64,000 bases of DNA from an uncultured Mollicutes bacterium (GTDB lineage: Bacteria > Bacillota_I > Bacilli_A > RFN20 > CAG-288), in contig UQDS01000001.1 of the NCBI GenBank assembly GCA_900539865.1, forward strand, positions 3,436-67,435. The letters run 5' to 3'. Positions 9,302 to 18,317 of this stretch are shown in pieces. The number at the start of each line of letters is the position of its first letter. The stretch's first letter is position 1. The notes below the pieces were generated by a model, which saw nothing but the letters and a program-made list of their open reading frames with translations, did no database searches and had not been told where the DNA came from. Position numbers and translations under genes: made by a program.

Positions 9302-10348
9302 ATGGAACTTTTTGAATTTGAATTAAAAGCAAAAGAGGAATTGTCTTTTGCAAAGGAAGAATATCTCAAAATTAAAGATAAGAGCTCTTTGGAAGCTTTT
9401 AAAGGTCGCTTCCTTGGCAAAAAGAGTAATTTGACTCAGTTTTATGCCCAGATGCGCAATGTCAAACCGGAAGATAAAAAAGCTTTCGGCGCTTTGTTGA
9501 CCCAATTAAAAGGAGATTTGACTGCGCTCTTTGAAGAAAAGGAAAACGCGTTGAAACAAGAAGAGCTCAACGCCCGTCTTGCCAAAGAAAAAATCGATAT
9601 CACGTTACCTGGATATCACGAAGACATGGGTTCAAAGCACCCGTTTTATGCGATCGTCGATGATATCACGGACTTCTTTGTCGGCTTGGGTTATGAAATT
9701 GCCGATGGTCCTGAAGTAGAAAGTGATCGCAACAATTTTGAATTGATGAATATCCCTTCTGACCACCCTGCTCGCGATATGCAAGATTCTTTTACGATTG
9801 ACCCGACGACTGTTTTAAGAAGTCATACTTCTTGCGTTCAGGCTCGTGTCATGGAAAAGATGGAAGGAAAGGGACCTGTTAAAGTCATTTGTCCTGGTAA
9901 AGTTTACCGCCGTGACAACGATGCGACCCACTCTCATCAATTTGGTCAAATCGAGGGATTGGTCATTTCGGAAGATGTCACTTTTGCTAATCTTTTAGAG
10001 ACATTGACACAACTTCTTCGCCATCTTTTCGGCGAAAAGAGAGAAGTTCGTTTCCGCCCTTCTTATTTCCCTTTCACGGAGCCTTCTGTCGAAGCGGATA
10101 TCTCTTGTTTTGAATGCAATGGCAAGGGTTGCTCCATGTGCAAACACACCGGATGGATTGAAGTTTTAGGCTCTGGTATGGTTCATCCTAACGTCCTTCG
10201 TCTCAACGGTTATGATGATAAAAAATACAAGGGCTTTGCCTTTGGCATTGGTATTGACCGCGTCGCTATGCTCAAGTATGGCATCGATGACATCAAGCGT
10301 TTTTATACCAATGACATCGATTTTCTCAAGCAGTTTAGAAAGGAGTAG
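9302..10348 (+). CDS. pheS: Phenylalanine--tRNA ligase alpha subunit
   Basis: FGQIEGLVI...FRPSYFPFTEPS class II motifs; GGAG RBS; no T-box leader (21-nt gap from ftsZ). Confidence 0.9.
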   Translation: MELFEFELKAKEELSFAKEEYLKIKDKSSLEAFKGRFLGKKSNLTQFYAQMRNVKPEDKKAFGALLTQLKGDLTALFEEKENALKQEELNARLAKEKIDITLPGYHEDMGSKHPFYAIVDDITDFFVGLGYEIADGPEVESDRNNFELMNIPSDHPARDMQDSFTIDPTTVLRSHTSCVQARVMEKMEGKGPVKVICPGKVYRRDNDATHSHQFGQIEGLVISEDVTFANLLETLTQLLRHLFGEKREVRFRPSYFPFTEPSVEADISCFECNGKGCSMCKHTGWIEVLGSGMVHPNVLRLNGYDDKKYKGFAFGIGIDRVAMLKYGIDDIKRFYTNDIDFLKQFRKE

Positions 10349-10351
10349 GCC

Positions 10352-12727
10352 ATGTTATTTTCAATCAAAGGTTTATCTCAGTTTGTCGATCTTTCCACAA
10401 TCGATTTAAAGGAGCTGAGAAATCGACTTACATTCTCTGGCTTTGAAGTGGAAGAAGTGCAAGAGATGGCAAGCGCTTCAAACCTTGTCATCGGCCAAGT
10501 CCTCACTTGCGTCAATCATCCTGATTCCGATCATCTTCACATATTGACTGTCGATTGTGGAAATGAAGGAATTAAGAACATTGTCTGCGGTGCTCCCAAT
10601 GTCAAAGAAGGTTTAAAAGTAATCGTCGCATTAGAAGGATGTGTCTTACCTGCACTTGGTGTTACGATTAAAAAAGGCGCAATCCGCAACGTTCCTTCCG
10701 AAGGAATGTGCTGCTCTTTGTTAGAACTTGGTGTCGACAAAGAATCGTTAGAAGAAAATTCTCCTAGCTTGAACGGAATTGAAGAACTTCCCGAAGATGC
10801 ACCTGTCGGCTTGAAAGACGTCTTAGCTTATCTGCATATCGACGACACCATTTTTGACATCAATGTCTTACCAAACCGCCCGGATTGTTTAAGCTATATC
10901 GGTATGGCACGCGAAATCTCTTCTCTTCTCTCTTTGCCTATGAAGGAACTTCCTTCTTTCGATCTCACCTCTTTACCAAAACAAGAAGATTGCAAGACTT
11001 CTTGTGCTTCTTGTGCTCGTTTTGATTTAGTCAAAATTAATAACGTAGTTTTGAAAAAGGAAACACCTCTTTTTGTCAAGCGTGTATTGATGGCTAATGG
11101 CATCCGTCCGCTCTCCCCGATTGTTGACTTAGGAAACTACAGCATGCTTCTTACCGGTCAACCGTTAAATATGTATGACGACGATTTTAACAAAGATAGC
11201 ACTTATGTCGCACGCGATGATTACGAAGGAAAGTTCGTCGCTTTTGACGGAAGAGCATTCGACTTGATCAAAGGCGATATTGTGATTGCTTCCTCCTCTT
11301 CTACTCCTCTTTGTCTTGCCGGTATCATGGCTGGACAAGAAGCCAGTGTGAAAGCAGATACGAAGAACATCGCGATTGAAGCTGCTTCTTTCTATCATGC
11401 CAATATCCGTCACACTTGTGCCCGCTTAGGTCTTTCTAGCCCCTCGAGCATTCTCTTTGGAAAAGGAAGAAACCCGAAGATGATTCCGGAAGCGTTGAGC
11501 GTTACTTTAGGTTTGCTCCCTCTCTTCTTTGAATCTTATGAAATTGTCTCTTATTCTAGCGATAATAAAGCGCCAAATGAGAATCAGCCTTTCTTCTTCG
11601 ACAAAAACAAATTGAATGAAAGACTCGGCTCTTGTTACACCGAGGAAGAAATCGATCGGGTCTTACAAGCTTACCGCATTCAAAAAGTTGATGAACATCA
11701 TCTTTTAGCTCCGCTTGATCGCGTAGATATCAACGAGCAATGTGATATCGAAGAAGAAGTCTTCCGCTATTATCCTGCCGAAAAGATTCTTCCTTCCTTT
11801 ACTTCCTTCCCGGTGACCCGCGGAAAGCTCTCGCCGAGTCAAAAAGCGAAGAGAGAAATACGTGAAACTTTAATTCACCGCGGACTTTGTGAAATTCTTT
11901 CTTTCACTTTAGTCAGTGAAAAAGAAGACAAACAGCTTCGCGTATTCAACCAAGAAGAGTCATATCGCATCATCAATCCGATGACGAAAGATCACGAAAT
12001 TGTCCGCAGTGATCTCTTAAGTTCGATGTTGCTTACGATGAAATACAATATGGCGCATCAGAAGAAAGATCTTGCGCTCTTTGAAATTTCCGATGTGGAT
12101 ACAAAGAAAGGTGTATTGACCTATCTTAGCATCGGTCTCTCTGGCTTTACTTGCTTAGCGCAAGATTATAAAGCACGCCCTTATGATTTCTATGATTTGA
12201 AGGGTATGATCGAAGTCATTTTCCAAAAGCTTGGCATCAATCCAAACCGTTATCGTTTGGCATACTCGAAGAATCCTTACTTCCACCCGAACTGTTCTTG
12301 TGATATCTTCATGGGTAAAGATTTGATCGGAACTTTTGGAAAACTGCATCCTTCCTTTGAAAAAGAAGAGATTTATTTAGCCGAGCTCAATCTTTCTTAC
12401 CTCCTTAACCTCAAGGGCAGCAAGACAAAATTTGTCCCCTTCTCTTCTTATCCTACGGTTCGCCGTGACCTTTCCTTTAAGATGAGAGATGGCGTTGATT
12501 TCGCTACGCTTAAAAAGACAATTCTCAAAGCAAAAGGAACATACTTGAAAGACGTTCTTTTCTTCGATGACTTTACCGATAAGGTAACCGGCGGTCACTT
12601 CTTAGGTGTCTCTTTGATTTTAGGAAAAGAAGATGGCACGTTAAAAGATGCTGAAATTCAGGCGTCCATTGCGCAAGTTGTCTCTGTGGTTAAAAGTGAG
12701 CTTTCGCTCACCTTGAGAGGAGAATAA
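10352..12727 (+). CDS. pheT: Phenylalanine--tRNA ligase beta subunit
   Basis: 791 aa, immediately after pheS; tRNA-binding N-terminus and B3/4 and B5 regions are typical. Confidence 0.85.
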   Translation: MLFSIKGLSQFVDLSTIDLKELRNRLTFSGFEVEEVQEMASASNLVIGQVLTCVNHPDSDHLHILTVDCGNEGIKNIVCGAPNVKEGLKVIVALEGCVLPALGVTIKKGAIRNVPSEGMCCSLLELGVDKESLEENSPSLNGIEELPEDAPVGLKDVLAYLHIDDTIFDINVLPNRPDCLSYIGMAREISSLLSLPMKELPSFDLTSLPKQEDCKTSCASCARFDLVKINNVVLKKETPLFVKRVLMANGIRPLSPIVDLGNYSMLLTGQPLNMYDDDFNKDSTYVARDDYEGKFVAFDGRAFDLIKGDIVIASSSSTPLCLAGIMAGQEASVKADTKNIAIEAASFYHANIRHTCARLGLSSPSSILFGKGRNPKMIPEALSVTLGLLPLFFESYEIVSYSSDNKAPNENQPFFFDKNKLNERLGSCYTEEEIDRVLQAYRIQKVDEHHLLAPLDRVDINEQCDIEEEVFRYYPAEKILPSFTSFPVTRGKLSPSQKAKREIRETLIHRGLCEILSFTLVSEKEDKQLRVFNQEESYRIINPMTKDHEIVRSDLLSSMLLTMKYNMAHQKKDLALFEISDVDTKKGVLTYLSIGLSGFTCLAQDYKARPYDFYDLKGMIEVIFQKLGINPNRYRLAYSKNPYFHPNCSCDIFMGKDLIGTFGKLHPSFEKEEIYLAELNLSYLLNLKGSKTKFVPFSSYPTVRRDLSFKMRDGVDFATLKKTILKAKGTYLKDVLFFDDFTDKVTGGHFLGVSLILGKEDGTLKDAEIQASIAQVVSVVKSELSLTLRGE

Positions 12728-12728
12728 T

Positions 12729-13637
12729 ATGTTTCAATTGATCGAAGATTCTGCTGTTGAAATCCGCAACGATGATTTTTATGACAAGGTCGCGACTGTC
12801 GCACATAATTGTTACCAAGTTAAAGAAAAAGATCACGAATCCAATGTTGCCTTTATCTCACGTTTGATTTCTGCACGCCATCTTGCGATGGTGGAACATT
12901 ACACATACACTTTTAAAGTAGAGGAAGAACTCTATGAGAAGACGATGAAACTCCACAATCGCTTCTATACGCTTTCTGGCTTACAAGATGGTGTGGGTGT
13001 ATATTTGGTCACCCTCTCCCTTCGCGTGCTTCTTGAGGCGCTTTACAGCGGTTCTAACGCGGAAAAGAGTGTCGCATCTGTCTATGTCCGCTCCTTGCCG
13101 GAAGATGTGAAGGTTCTCTTTGATTTTGACTCTTTCCATTTAAAGGAGACTTCTACTGCCGAACGCTTCGATTTAGACGCAAATCGCGCCATGCTCCCTG
13201 AATCCGTTTATCAGGCCCATAAGACCATCACTTATCACATCATTACGGACCGTGGTGTCACTCATGAAATTGTCCGTCATCGCCTTTGTGCTTTTGCACA
13301 AGAGTCGACGCGCTATTGTAACTATACTAAGGATAAATTCTCCAATTGTTTAACCTTTATGAAACCTTTGCGTTACGATGAATTTAAAGACATATATGAC
13401 GCATATTACAGCGCCTGTAGCGACGCTTATTTTAAGCTTGTCGCACAGGGCGCAAGACCCGATGAGGCTCGAAGCGTTTTACCAAACTCTTTAAAAGCCA
13501 GCATCATGGTCACTTGCTCCATTGAAGAATGGAAAACAATCTTCTCGCTTCGCATCTCTGATCATGCACATCCGGATATTAACCGCGTCATGATAAAAGT
13601 TCGCGACGATATGAAAAAGAAAGGATACATTCAATGA
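12729..13637 (+). CDS. thyX: FAD-dependent thymidylate synthase ThyX (Thy1 family)
   Basis: ThyX signature RHR-x7-S present as VRHRLCAFAQESTRY; N-terminal ...VAHNCYQ... and HLAMVEHYTYTF blocks are typical of ThyX. Confidence 0.7.
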   Translation: MFQLIEDSAVEIRNDDFYDKVATVAHNCYQVKEKDHESNVAFISRLISARHLAMVEHYTYTFKVEEELYEKTMKLHNRFYTLSGLQDGVGVYLVTLSLRVLLEALYSGSNAEKSVASVYVRSLPEDVKVLFDFDSFHLKETSTAERFDLDANRAMLPESVYQAHKTITYHIITDRGVTHEIVRHRLCAFAQESTRYCNYTKDKFSNCLTFMKPLRYDEFKDIYDAYYSACSDAYFKLVAQGARPDEARSVLPNSLKASIMVTCSIEEWKTIFSLRISDHAHPDINRVMIKVRDDMKKKGYIQ

Positions 13638-14140
13638 AAGAAGAAGATATTCGCATTGTCTTTGATCCAAGTCAAGTAAAAATCGGCGAAGAATACAATG
13701 TCGAATTCGCTTTGACAACAAAGGAAAAGAGTTATTTTCCTTTCTTAGACAACATAGATGATTTGCATTTCACCTTAAGCGTAGAAGGAACAAGCGAAGT
13801 GATGCACTTGCTGATCTCCTGCGCTGGTATTGTCCATCTTTTTGATGCGCATGATGGTGAAAAATGCGATGTTGAATTAGAAGACTCTGTCGATGTTATC
13901 ATCGACACTTCCCACGATGAAAACAGTGATATTCTTCCGGATGAAGATGGTTTGTACGATCTTCGCGGTTCTATATTGGCGCTTTTGTTTAACACCATAC
14001 CGCAAAATTATTCCGAAGTGGAATTGACTCGCGTAGAAGGTAACGGCTACATCTTGATGTCGGAAGAAGAATACGAAAAAGAAAGAGCAAAACAAAACAA
14101 TCCTTTCGCCGGTTTGGATGATTCCTCTTTTGAAGAGTGA
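13634..14140 (+). CDS. DUF177 / YceD (YlbN)-like acidic protein, translationally coupled (ATGA) to thyX
   Basis: Acidic 168-aa protein; ...DGLYDLRGSILALLFNTIP... and a C-terminal NPFAGLDDS resemble the conserved YceD/YlbN blocks. B. subtilis ylbN lies a few genes upstream of mraZ, as here. Confidence 0.5.
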   Translation: MKEEDIRIVFDPSQVKIGEEYNVEFALTTKEKSYFPFLDNIDDLHFTLSVEGTSEVMHLLISCAGIVHLFDAHDGEKCDVELEDSVDVIIDTSHDENSDILPDEDGLYDLRGSILALLFNTIPQNYSEVELTRVEGNGYILMSEEEYEKERAKQNNPFAGLDDSSFEE

Positions 14141-14173
14141 TTTCTTCTGTAGATCTTAAATGAAAACTCCTTG

Positions 14174-14207
14174 CTCTCAAGGAGTTTTTTATTTTTCATT
14201 TTCAAAA
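14174..14207 (+). terminator. Rho-independent terminator (11-bp stem AAAACTCCTTG/CAAGGAGTTTT, loop CTCT, T-run)
   Basis: Perfect hairpin plus TTTTTTATTTTT after the DUF177 gene. Confidence 0.85.
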
Positions 14208-14450
14208 GGAAGAAGCGCTCTTTGATATTTCATGCAATTGCATAATTGTTTGTTGAACACGGGGGATAAAGTGTTTAAAATCTTGAAAAAATAAAAATAT
14301 GTCCCACTTTGATACCACAATTGTACACTTTTCTCCCACACCAGCAGAAAATGATTGAAATATTGCGATAAATACGGCACTTTTCCAAGATTTGTAACAG
14401 GAGATTTAACGGGGATAAAAACAATAATTTAGTAAAAAAACAAAAAAGTA

Positions 14451-14479
14451 TTGCATTAAAAACACTACTTATATATAAT
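14451..14479 (+). promoter_or_regulatory. Sigma-A-type promoter for mraZ: TTGCAT -17 nt- TATAAT
   Basis: Consensus-like -35 and -10 hexamers with a 17-nt spacer. Predicted TSS ~14486, which excludes the ORF-track start at 14481. Confidence 0.65.
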
Positions 14480-14501
14480 TGTGGGTGAAAGTGGGATGGG
14501 T

Positions 14502-14930
14502 ATGTTTTTTGGACAGAAAGAGTTGACCATCGACGACAAGTCTAGATTGGTCTTACCAGCGCTTTATCGAGAAGGGTTCCAAGGTGGCATATGCTACGCG
14601 ACTTTGGGCATGGATATGTGCATTCAGCTCTTTCCCAAAGACATCTTCGAAAAGAAAGCGAGTGAGCTTATGACTCTCTCTGACTTCTCAAAAGAAGCCC
14701 GTGAATTGAAAAGAACCTATTTGGGTAACACCTTCAACATTCCGATTGATTCTCACAATAGAATCTTAGTTCCCAAAACACTTTCCGAGAAGACCAATAT
14801 GAATAAAAAGGTCATTCTCGTCGGCGTCTTTGACCATTTAGAACTCTGGGATGCAGAGATCTATCAAGCCAAAGAAGAAGAAAACGAGAAGAATTATGCT
14901 GCTAACGCCGAAGCGATCTTAGGAAGATGA
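14502..14930 (+). CDS. mraZ: Transcriptional regulator MraZ
   Basis: MFFGQKELTIDDKSRLVLPALYRE ... DSHNRILVPKTL: two DxxxR MraZ repeats. Start chosen by alignment to MraZ N-termini (MFMG...) and the promoter position. Confidence 0.85.
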   Translation: MFFGQKELTIDDKSRLVLPALYREGFQGGICYATLGMDMCIQLFPKDIFEKKASELMTLSDFSKEARELKRTYLGNTFNIPIDSHNRILVPKTLSEKTNMNKKVILVGVFDHLELWDAEIYQAKEEENEKNYAANAEAILGR

Positions 14931-14931
14931 T

Positions 14932-15867
14932 ATGGAATACAACAATCATGTCCCGGTAATGCTTAAGGAAGTTCTCTCCTTCGTTCCTAAAAGACAAAAA
15001 ATCACCTATCTTGATATGACATTGGGGAGAGCAGGTCATGCCGAAAATATCATCCAACTCTTACAAGACGGTTCCACTCTTATCGGTGTCGACCGCGATC
15101 CAGCCGCTCTAGCTTTTAGCCAAGAAAGACTTTGTCCTTATCTTAATGTCAAACAATATTTTCTTCATTCTACGTTTGCATCTGCCATCGATACGTTGAA
15201 GAAAAGTGGCATCGAAGGTGCTGATTTCATTCTTATGGATATCGGTGTTTCTTCTCCACAGTTTGATGATCCTAGCCGCGGATTCTCCTATCGTTTCGAT
15301 GCTCCCTTAGACATGCGTATGGATCCTAATGATCGCATCACAGCAAAAGATATCATCAACAGCTATGATGAAAAGGAGTTGTGTAGAGTCTTTAGAGAAC
15401 TAGGGCAATGTAAAATTTATTACCCTGTAGTAAAAAAGATCCTCACGGAGCGAGAGAAGAAACCGATTGAAACTACTTTTGAACTTGTTGACATCATCAA
15501 AAGTGCACTTCCTGCAAAAGAGCTTCGCAAAGAAGGACATCCCGCAAAACAATTCTTCTTAGGTTTACGTTATGAAGTCAACGGTGAAATCACTCAGTTG
15601 AAAAAAGGAATTCAGGATGCGATTCATTTCCTGAATCACAAAGGCAGACTGGTTGTCATCTCTTTCAATAGTGAAGAAGACAAGATTGTAAAAGATGCCT
15701 TTAAACAAATTAGCAATGAATCACATGTCGATAAATATGCTGAAAATAAATGTACTCCTGATGGGTATAAGACGCTGACCAAAAAGCCTTTGGTTCCGAC
15801 GGAAGAAGAAATCAAAGAAAACAATCGCGCCAAAGCAAGCATCTTGAGAGTACTAGAAAGGAACTAG
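14932..15867 (+). CDS. rsmH: 16S rRNA (cytosine1402-N4)-methyltransferase RsmH (MraW)
   Basis: N-terminal HVPVMLKEVL... and DMTLGRAGHA SAM motif; the classic mraZ-rsmH pair. Confidence 0.9.
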   Translation: MEYNNHVPVMLKEVLSFVPKRQKITYLDMTLGRAGHAENIIQLLQDGSTLIGVDRDPAALAFSQERLCPYLNVKQYFLHSTFASAIDTLKKSGIEGADFILMDIGVSSPQFDDPSRGFSYRFDAPLDMRMDPNDRITAKDIINSYDEKELCRVFRELGQCKIYYPVVKKILTEREKKPIETTFELVDIIKSALPAKELRKEGHPAKQFFLGLRYEVNGEITQLKKGIQDAIHFLNHKGRLVVISFNSEEDKIVKDAFKQISNESHVDKYAENKCTPDGYKTLTKKPLVPTEEEIKENNRAKASILRVLERN

Positions 15868-15872
15868 GTCAT

Positions 15873-16115
15873 ATGAAGGATCGTGTTGAACGCACTTACA
15901 AAAAGAAACCTTCTCATCGTTTGAAAAACGCCATGATTGCCATGGTTTCTTTCACGACCCTTTTCTCTATCGGCTCTGCTTTCGTAATGAATTATTATAT
16001 GAAAGCGAATAGCCAACTCAGTTCCCGTATCGATAACTACAATCAGCAGGTGGAATATTTAGAAAATCAGAATGAAGAGACGCTGAATCAGAATAGAAAG
16101 CCGTCGCAAAAATAA
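15873..16115 (+). CDS. FtsL-like small bitopic cell-division protein
   Basis: 80 aa: basic N-terminus, one TM, then a coiled-coil-like QLSSRIDNYNQQVEYLENQNEE; canonical position after rsmH. Confidence 0.5.
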   Translation: MKDRVERTYKKKPSHRLKNAMIAMVSFTTLFSIGSAFVMNYYMKANSQLSSRIDNYNQQVEYLENQNEETLNQNRKPSQK

Positions 16116-16191
16116 CGATCGATACCGCAAAGTCGCGGTTTCATATCCTTTCATTTACTAGCCGGTTCTCCATTGCCGGCGATACATTTTA

Positions 16192-16230
16192 CCCGCAGAG
16201 CCCTTCCTCTCTGCGGGGTTTTTATTTGAA
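16192..16230 (+). terminator. Strong rho-independent terminator (CCCGCAGAG...CTCTGCGGG + TTTTTATTT), preceded by two smaller hairpins (16128-16143 and 16161-16180)
   Basis: 9-bp GC-rich stem plus T tract; ends the mraZ-rsmH-ftsL unit with no pbp/mur genes following. Confidence 0.8.
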
Positions 16231-16315
16231 TTTTTAACACAGAAATAATCTAGATATCCAAGAGAATTAACATTTAAGATAGTGTGATCAACCCTTTGTA
16301 ATCTACTATCAATTT

Positions 16316-16346
16316 ATAAAAAAGAAAAAAGGTTGCATGTGCAACC
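16316..16346 (-). terminator. Terminator of thrS (GGTTGCA-TG-TGCAACC hairpin, followed on the minus strand by TTTTTTCTTTTTT)
   Basis: Perfect 7-bp palindromic stem directly after the thrS stop. Confidence 0.7.
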
Positions 16347-16355
16347 TTTTAACGA

Positions 16356-18278
16356 TTAATAACTGCGGTAAGGAGATCTTGTCTGAATATCCTTTTCGAT
16401 GATCTTAATGAACTCTTTCTCCGTGACAGTCTTGGAGTCAGTGTGGTGATAGAGACGATATGTGACATTTCCGGAAGCGGCTTCTTTCGGACCTAAGACA
16501 ATCGTATAAGGAACTTTCATGACCTGAGAATCATGGATCTTATAGGAGAGTTTTTCATTTCTGTCATCAATTTTGACGCGGACGTTTTTCTTTAACAACT
16601 TTTTATTGAGGTCTTGTGCCATTTTGACAACCGACGCATCGTTGTTAACCGGGATGATACGGAGCTGTTCCGGAGACATCCATGTCGGGAAAGCACCTTT
16701 GAAGTTTTCAGTGATGATACCGACAAAACGTTCGAAGGAACCAAAGATTGCTCTGTGGAGCATGACCGGTTCTTTTTCTAAGCCATCTTTACCGATGTAC
16801 TTGCAGTGGAAACGGTGAGGTAACTGCATATCGAGCTGAATCGTACCACACTGCCAAATTCTTCCTAAAGAGTCTTTGATCTTAAAGTCGAGTTTCGGAC
16901 CGTAGAATGCGCCGTCACCTTCATTGACTTCATAAGGGAGATGGTTTTCTTCCAAGCATTGCTTCAATTCCGCCTCAGCTTTATCCCAAGTGGAAATTTT
17001 ACCGACAAAGCGTTCTGGACGAGTGGAAAGTTCAATAGCATATTCTAATCCGAATGTTTTGTAGACGATGCCAAACATCTTAAGCATCTTTCTAATTTCT
17101 TCGCCGATCTGATCAAAGGCTAAGAAGACGTGAGCATCATCTTGGGTGAAACCGCGGACACGGAAGAGACCATTTAAAGCGCCGCTAGCTTCGTGACGAT
17201 GATCTAAGCCGAATTCAGCATAGCGAATCGGTAATTCACGATAGGAATGGATAGCGTTCTGATAGACAAGAATAGCGCCAGGACAGTTCATCGGTTTGAT
17301 GGCATAAGGCTTGCCATCGACCTTTGTGATGTACATGTTCTCTTTGTATTTTTTCCAGTGTCCGGAAGTTTCCCAAAGTTCTCTCGAGAGCATCTGAGGA
17401 GTCTTTAAGAAAGAATAACCGAACTCTTTGGTAAGAAGATCCCAAAGGAAATTCTCTAATTCATGACGAATGATCATACCGTTTGGAAGCCAGAAAGGAA
17501 GGCCGGGACCATAATCGGAGAACATGAAGAGAGAGAGCTGTTGACCAAGGCGTTTGTGGTCAGCTTCTTTTCTTTCTTCTATCATCTTTAAGTAATTGTC
17601 TAAATCTTCTTGTGTGAAGAAGGCGGTTCCGTAAATTCTTGTCAAGGAGTCATTTTCCTTATTGCCTTGGAAATAGCAAGAGGAGGTGGCCATAAGCTTA
17701 ATGGCTTTGATTTCCTTGGTAGTCTTCATGTGAGGTCCAAGACAAAGGTCCATGAAGTCACCTTGAGAATAAACGGATAAAGAAGCTCCTTTGTCAGCAA
17801 GCTCGTGGATGTGAATCAACTTGTATTTTTGATCTGCAAAAAGCTTTTCTGCTTCTTCTAAAGAGACGTCTTTTCTTGTGATCGCTTGTTTTTCAGAAAC
17901 GATCTTTTTCATCTCCGCTTCAATTTTAGCAAAGTCATCTTCAGAGATAGGCTTAGGAAGCTTCATGTCATAGTAGAAACCATCTTCGGTTGCAGGGCCA
18001 TAGGCAAACTGAACACCAGGATAAAGATGTTGAATTGCCTCTGCCATCAAGTGAGCGGCAGAATGGCGAAGGACATGAAGGGCTTCTGGAGATTGCTTGG
18101 TGACAACTTCAAAATTACAGTCGCCAGGAAGAACTTCATTTAAGTCAAAAAGTTCACCGTTGACTTTAGCACATATCGCTTTTTCTCCTAAGGAAAGAGC
18201 AATTGCTTTTGCGGCTTCAAGGGCGGTACTTCCGTCTTTGATTTCTTTTACAGAATGATCTGGTAAAGTGATTTTCAT
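16356..18278 (-). CDS. thrS: Threonine--tRNA ligase
   Basis: MKITLPDHS... TGS/editing N-terminus and class II core. True start ATG 18278 with a GGGAG RBS; the ORF-track TTG extension is rejected. No T-box, only a 24-nt gap to glcK. Confidence 0.9.
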   Translation of the reverse strand: MKITLPDHSVKEIKDGSTALEAAKAIALSLGEKAICAKVNGELFDLNEVLPGDCNFEVVTKQSPEALHVLRHSAAHLMAEAIQHLYPGVQFAYGPATEDGFYYDMKLPKPISEDDFAKIEAEMKKIVSEKQAITRKDVSLEEAEKLFADQKYKLIHIHELADKGASLSVYSQGDFMDLCLGPHMKTTKEIKAIKLMATSSCYFQGNKENDSLTRIYGTAFFTQEDLDNYLKMIEERKEADHKRLGQQLSLFMFSDYGPGLPFWLPNGMIIRHELENFLWDLLTKEFGYSFLKTPQMLSRELWETSGHWKKYKENMYITKVDGKPYAIKPMNCPGAILVYQNAIHSYRELPIRYAEFGLDHRHEASGALNGLFRVRGFTQDDAHVFLAFDQIGEEIRKMLKMFGIVYKTFGLEYAIELSTRPERFVGKISTWDKAEAELKQCLEENHLPYEVNEGDGAFYGPKLDFKIKDSLGRIWQCGTIQLDMQLPHRFHCKYIGKDGLEKEPVMLHRAIFGSFERFVGIITENFKGAFPTWMSPEQLRIIPVNNDASVVKMAQDLNKKLLKKNVRVKIDDRNEKLSYKIHDSQVMKVPYTIVLGPKEAASGNVTYRLYHHTDSKTVTEKEFIKIIEKDIQTRSPYRSY

Positions 18279-18317
18279 AATGTGTACTCCCAATTGATAA
18301 TAGATAGAAAAACAATT

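Noticed and set aside
14189-14380. 63-aa minus-strand ORF in the mraZ upstream region and a 20-aa plus-strand ORF
   Set aside because: AT-rich intergenic sequence with promoter-like elements; no RBS or homology.
18279-18293. TTG/GTG-initiated N-terminal extensions in the ORF track for thrS (18293), glcK (19220), hisS (41711), recN (58769), C39-TM (23083), rsfS (52107), parE (45301), mraZ (14481)
   Set aside because: In each case an internal ATG with a properly spaced GGAGG/AGGA SD and an N-terminus matching the protein family exists a few codons downstream. For mraZ the mapped promoter places the TSS after 14481.
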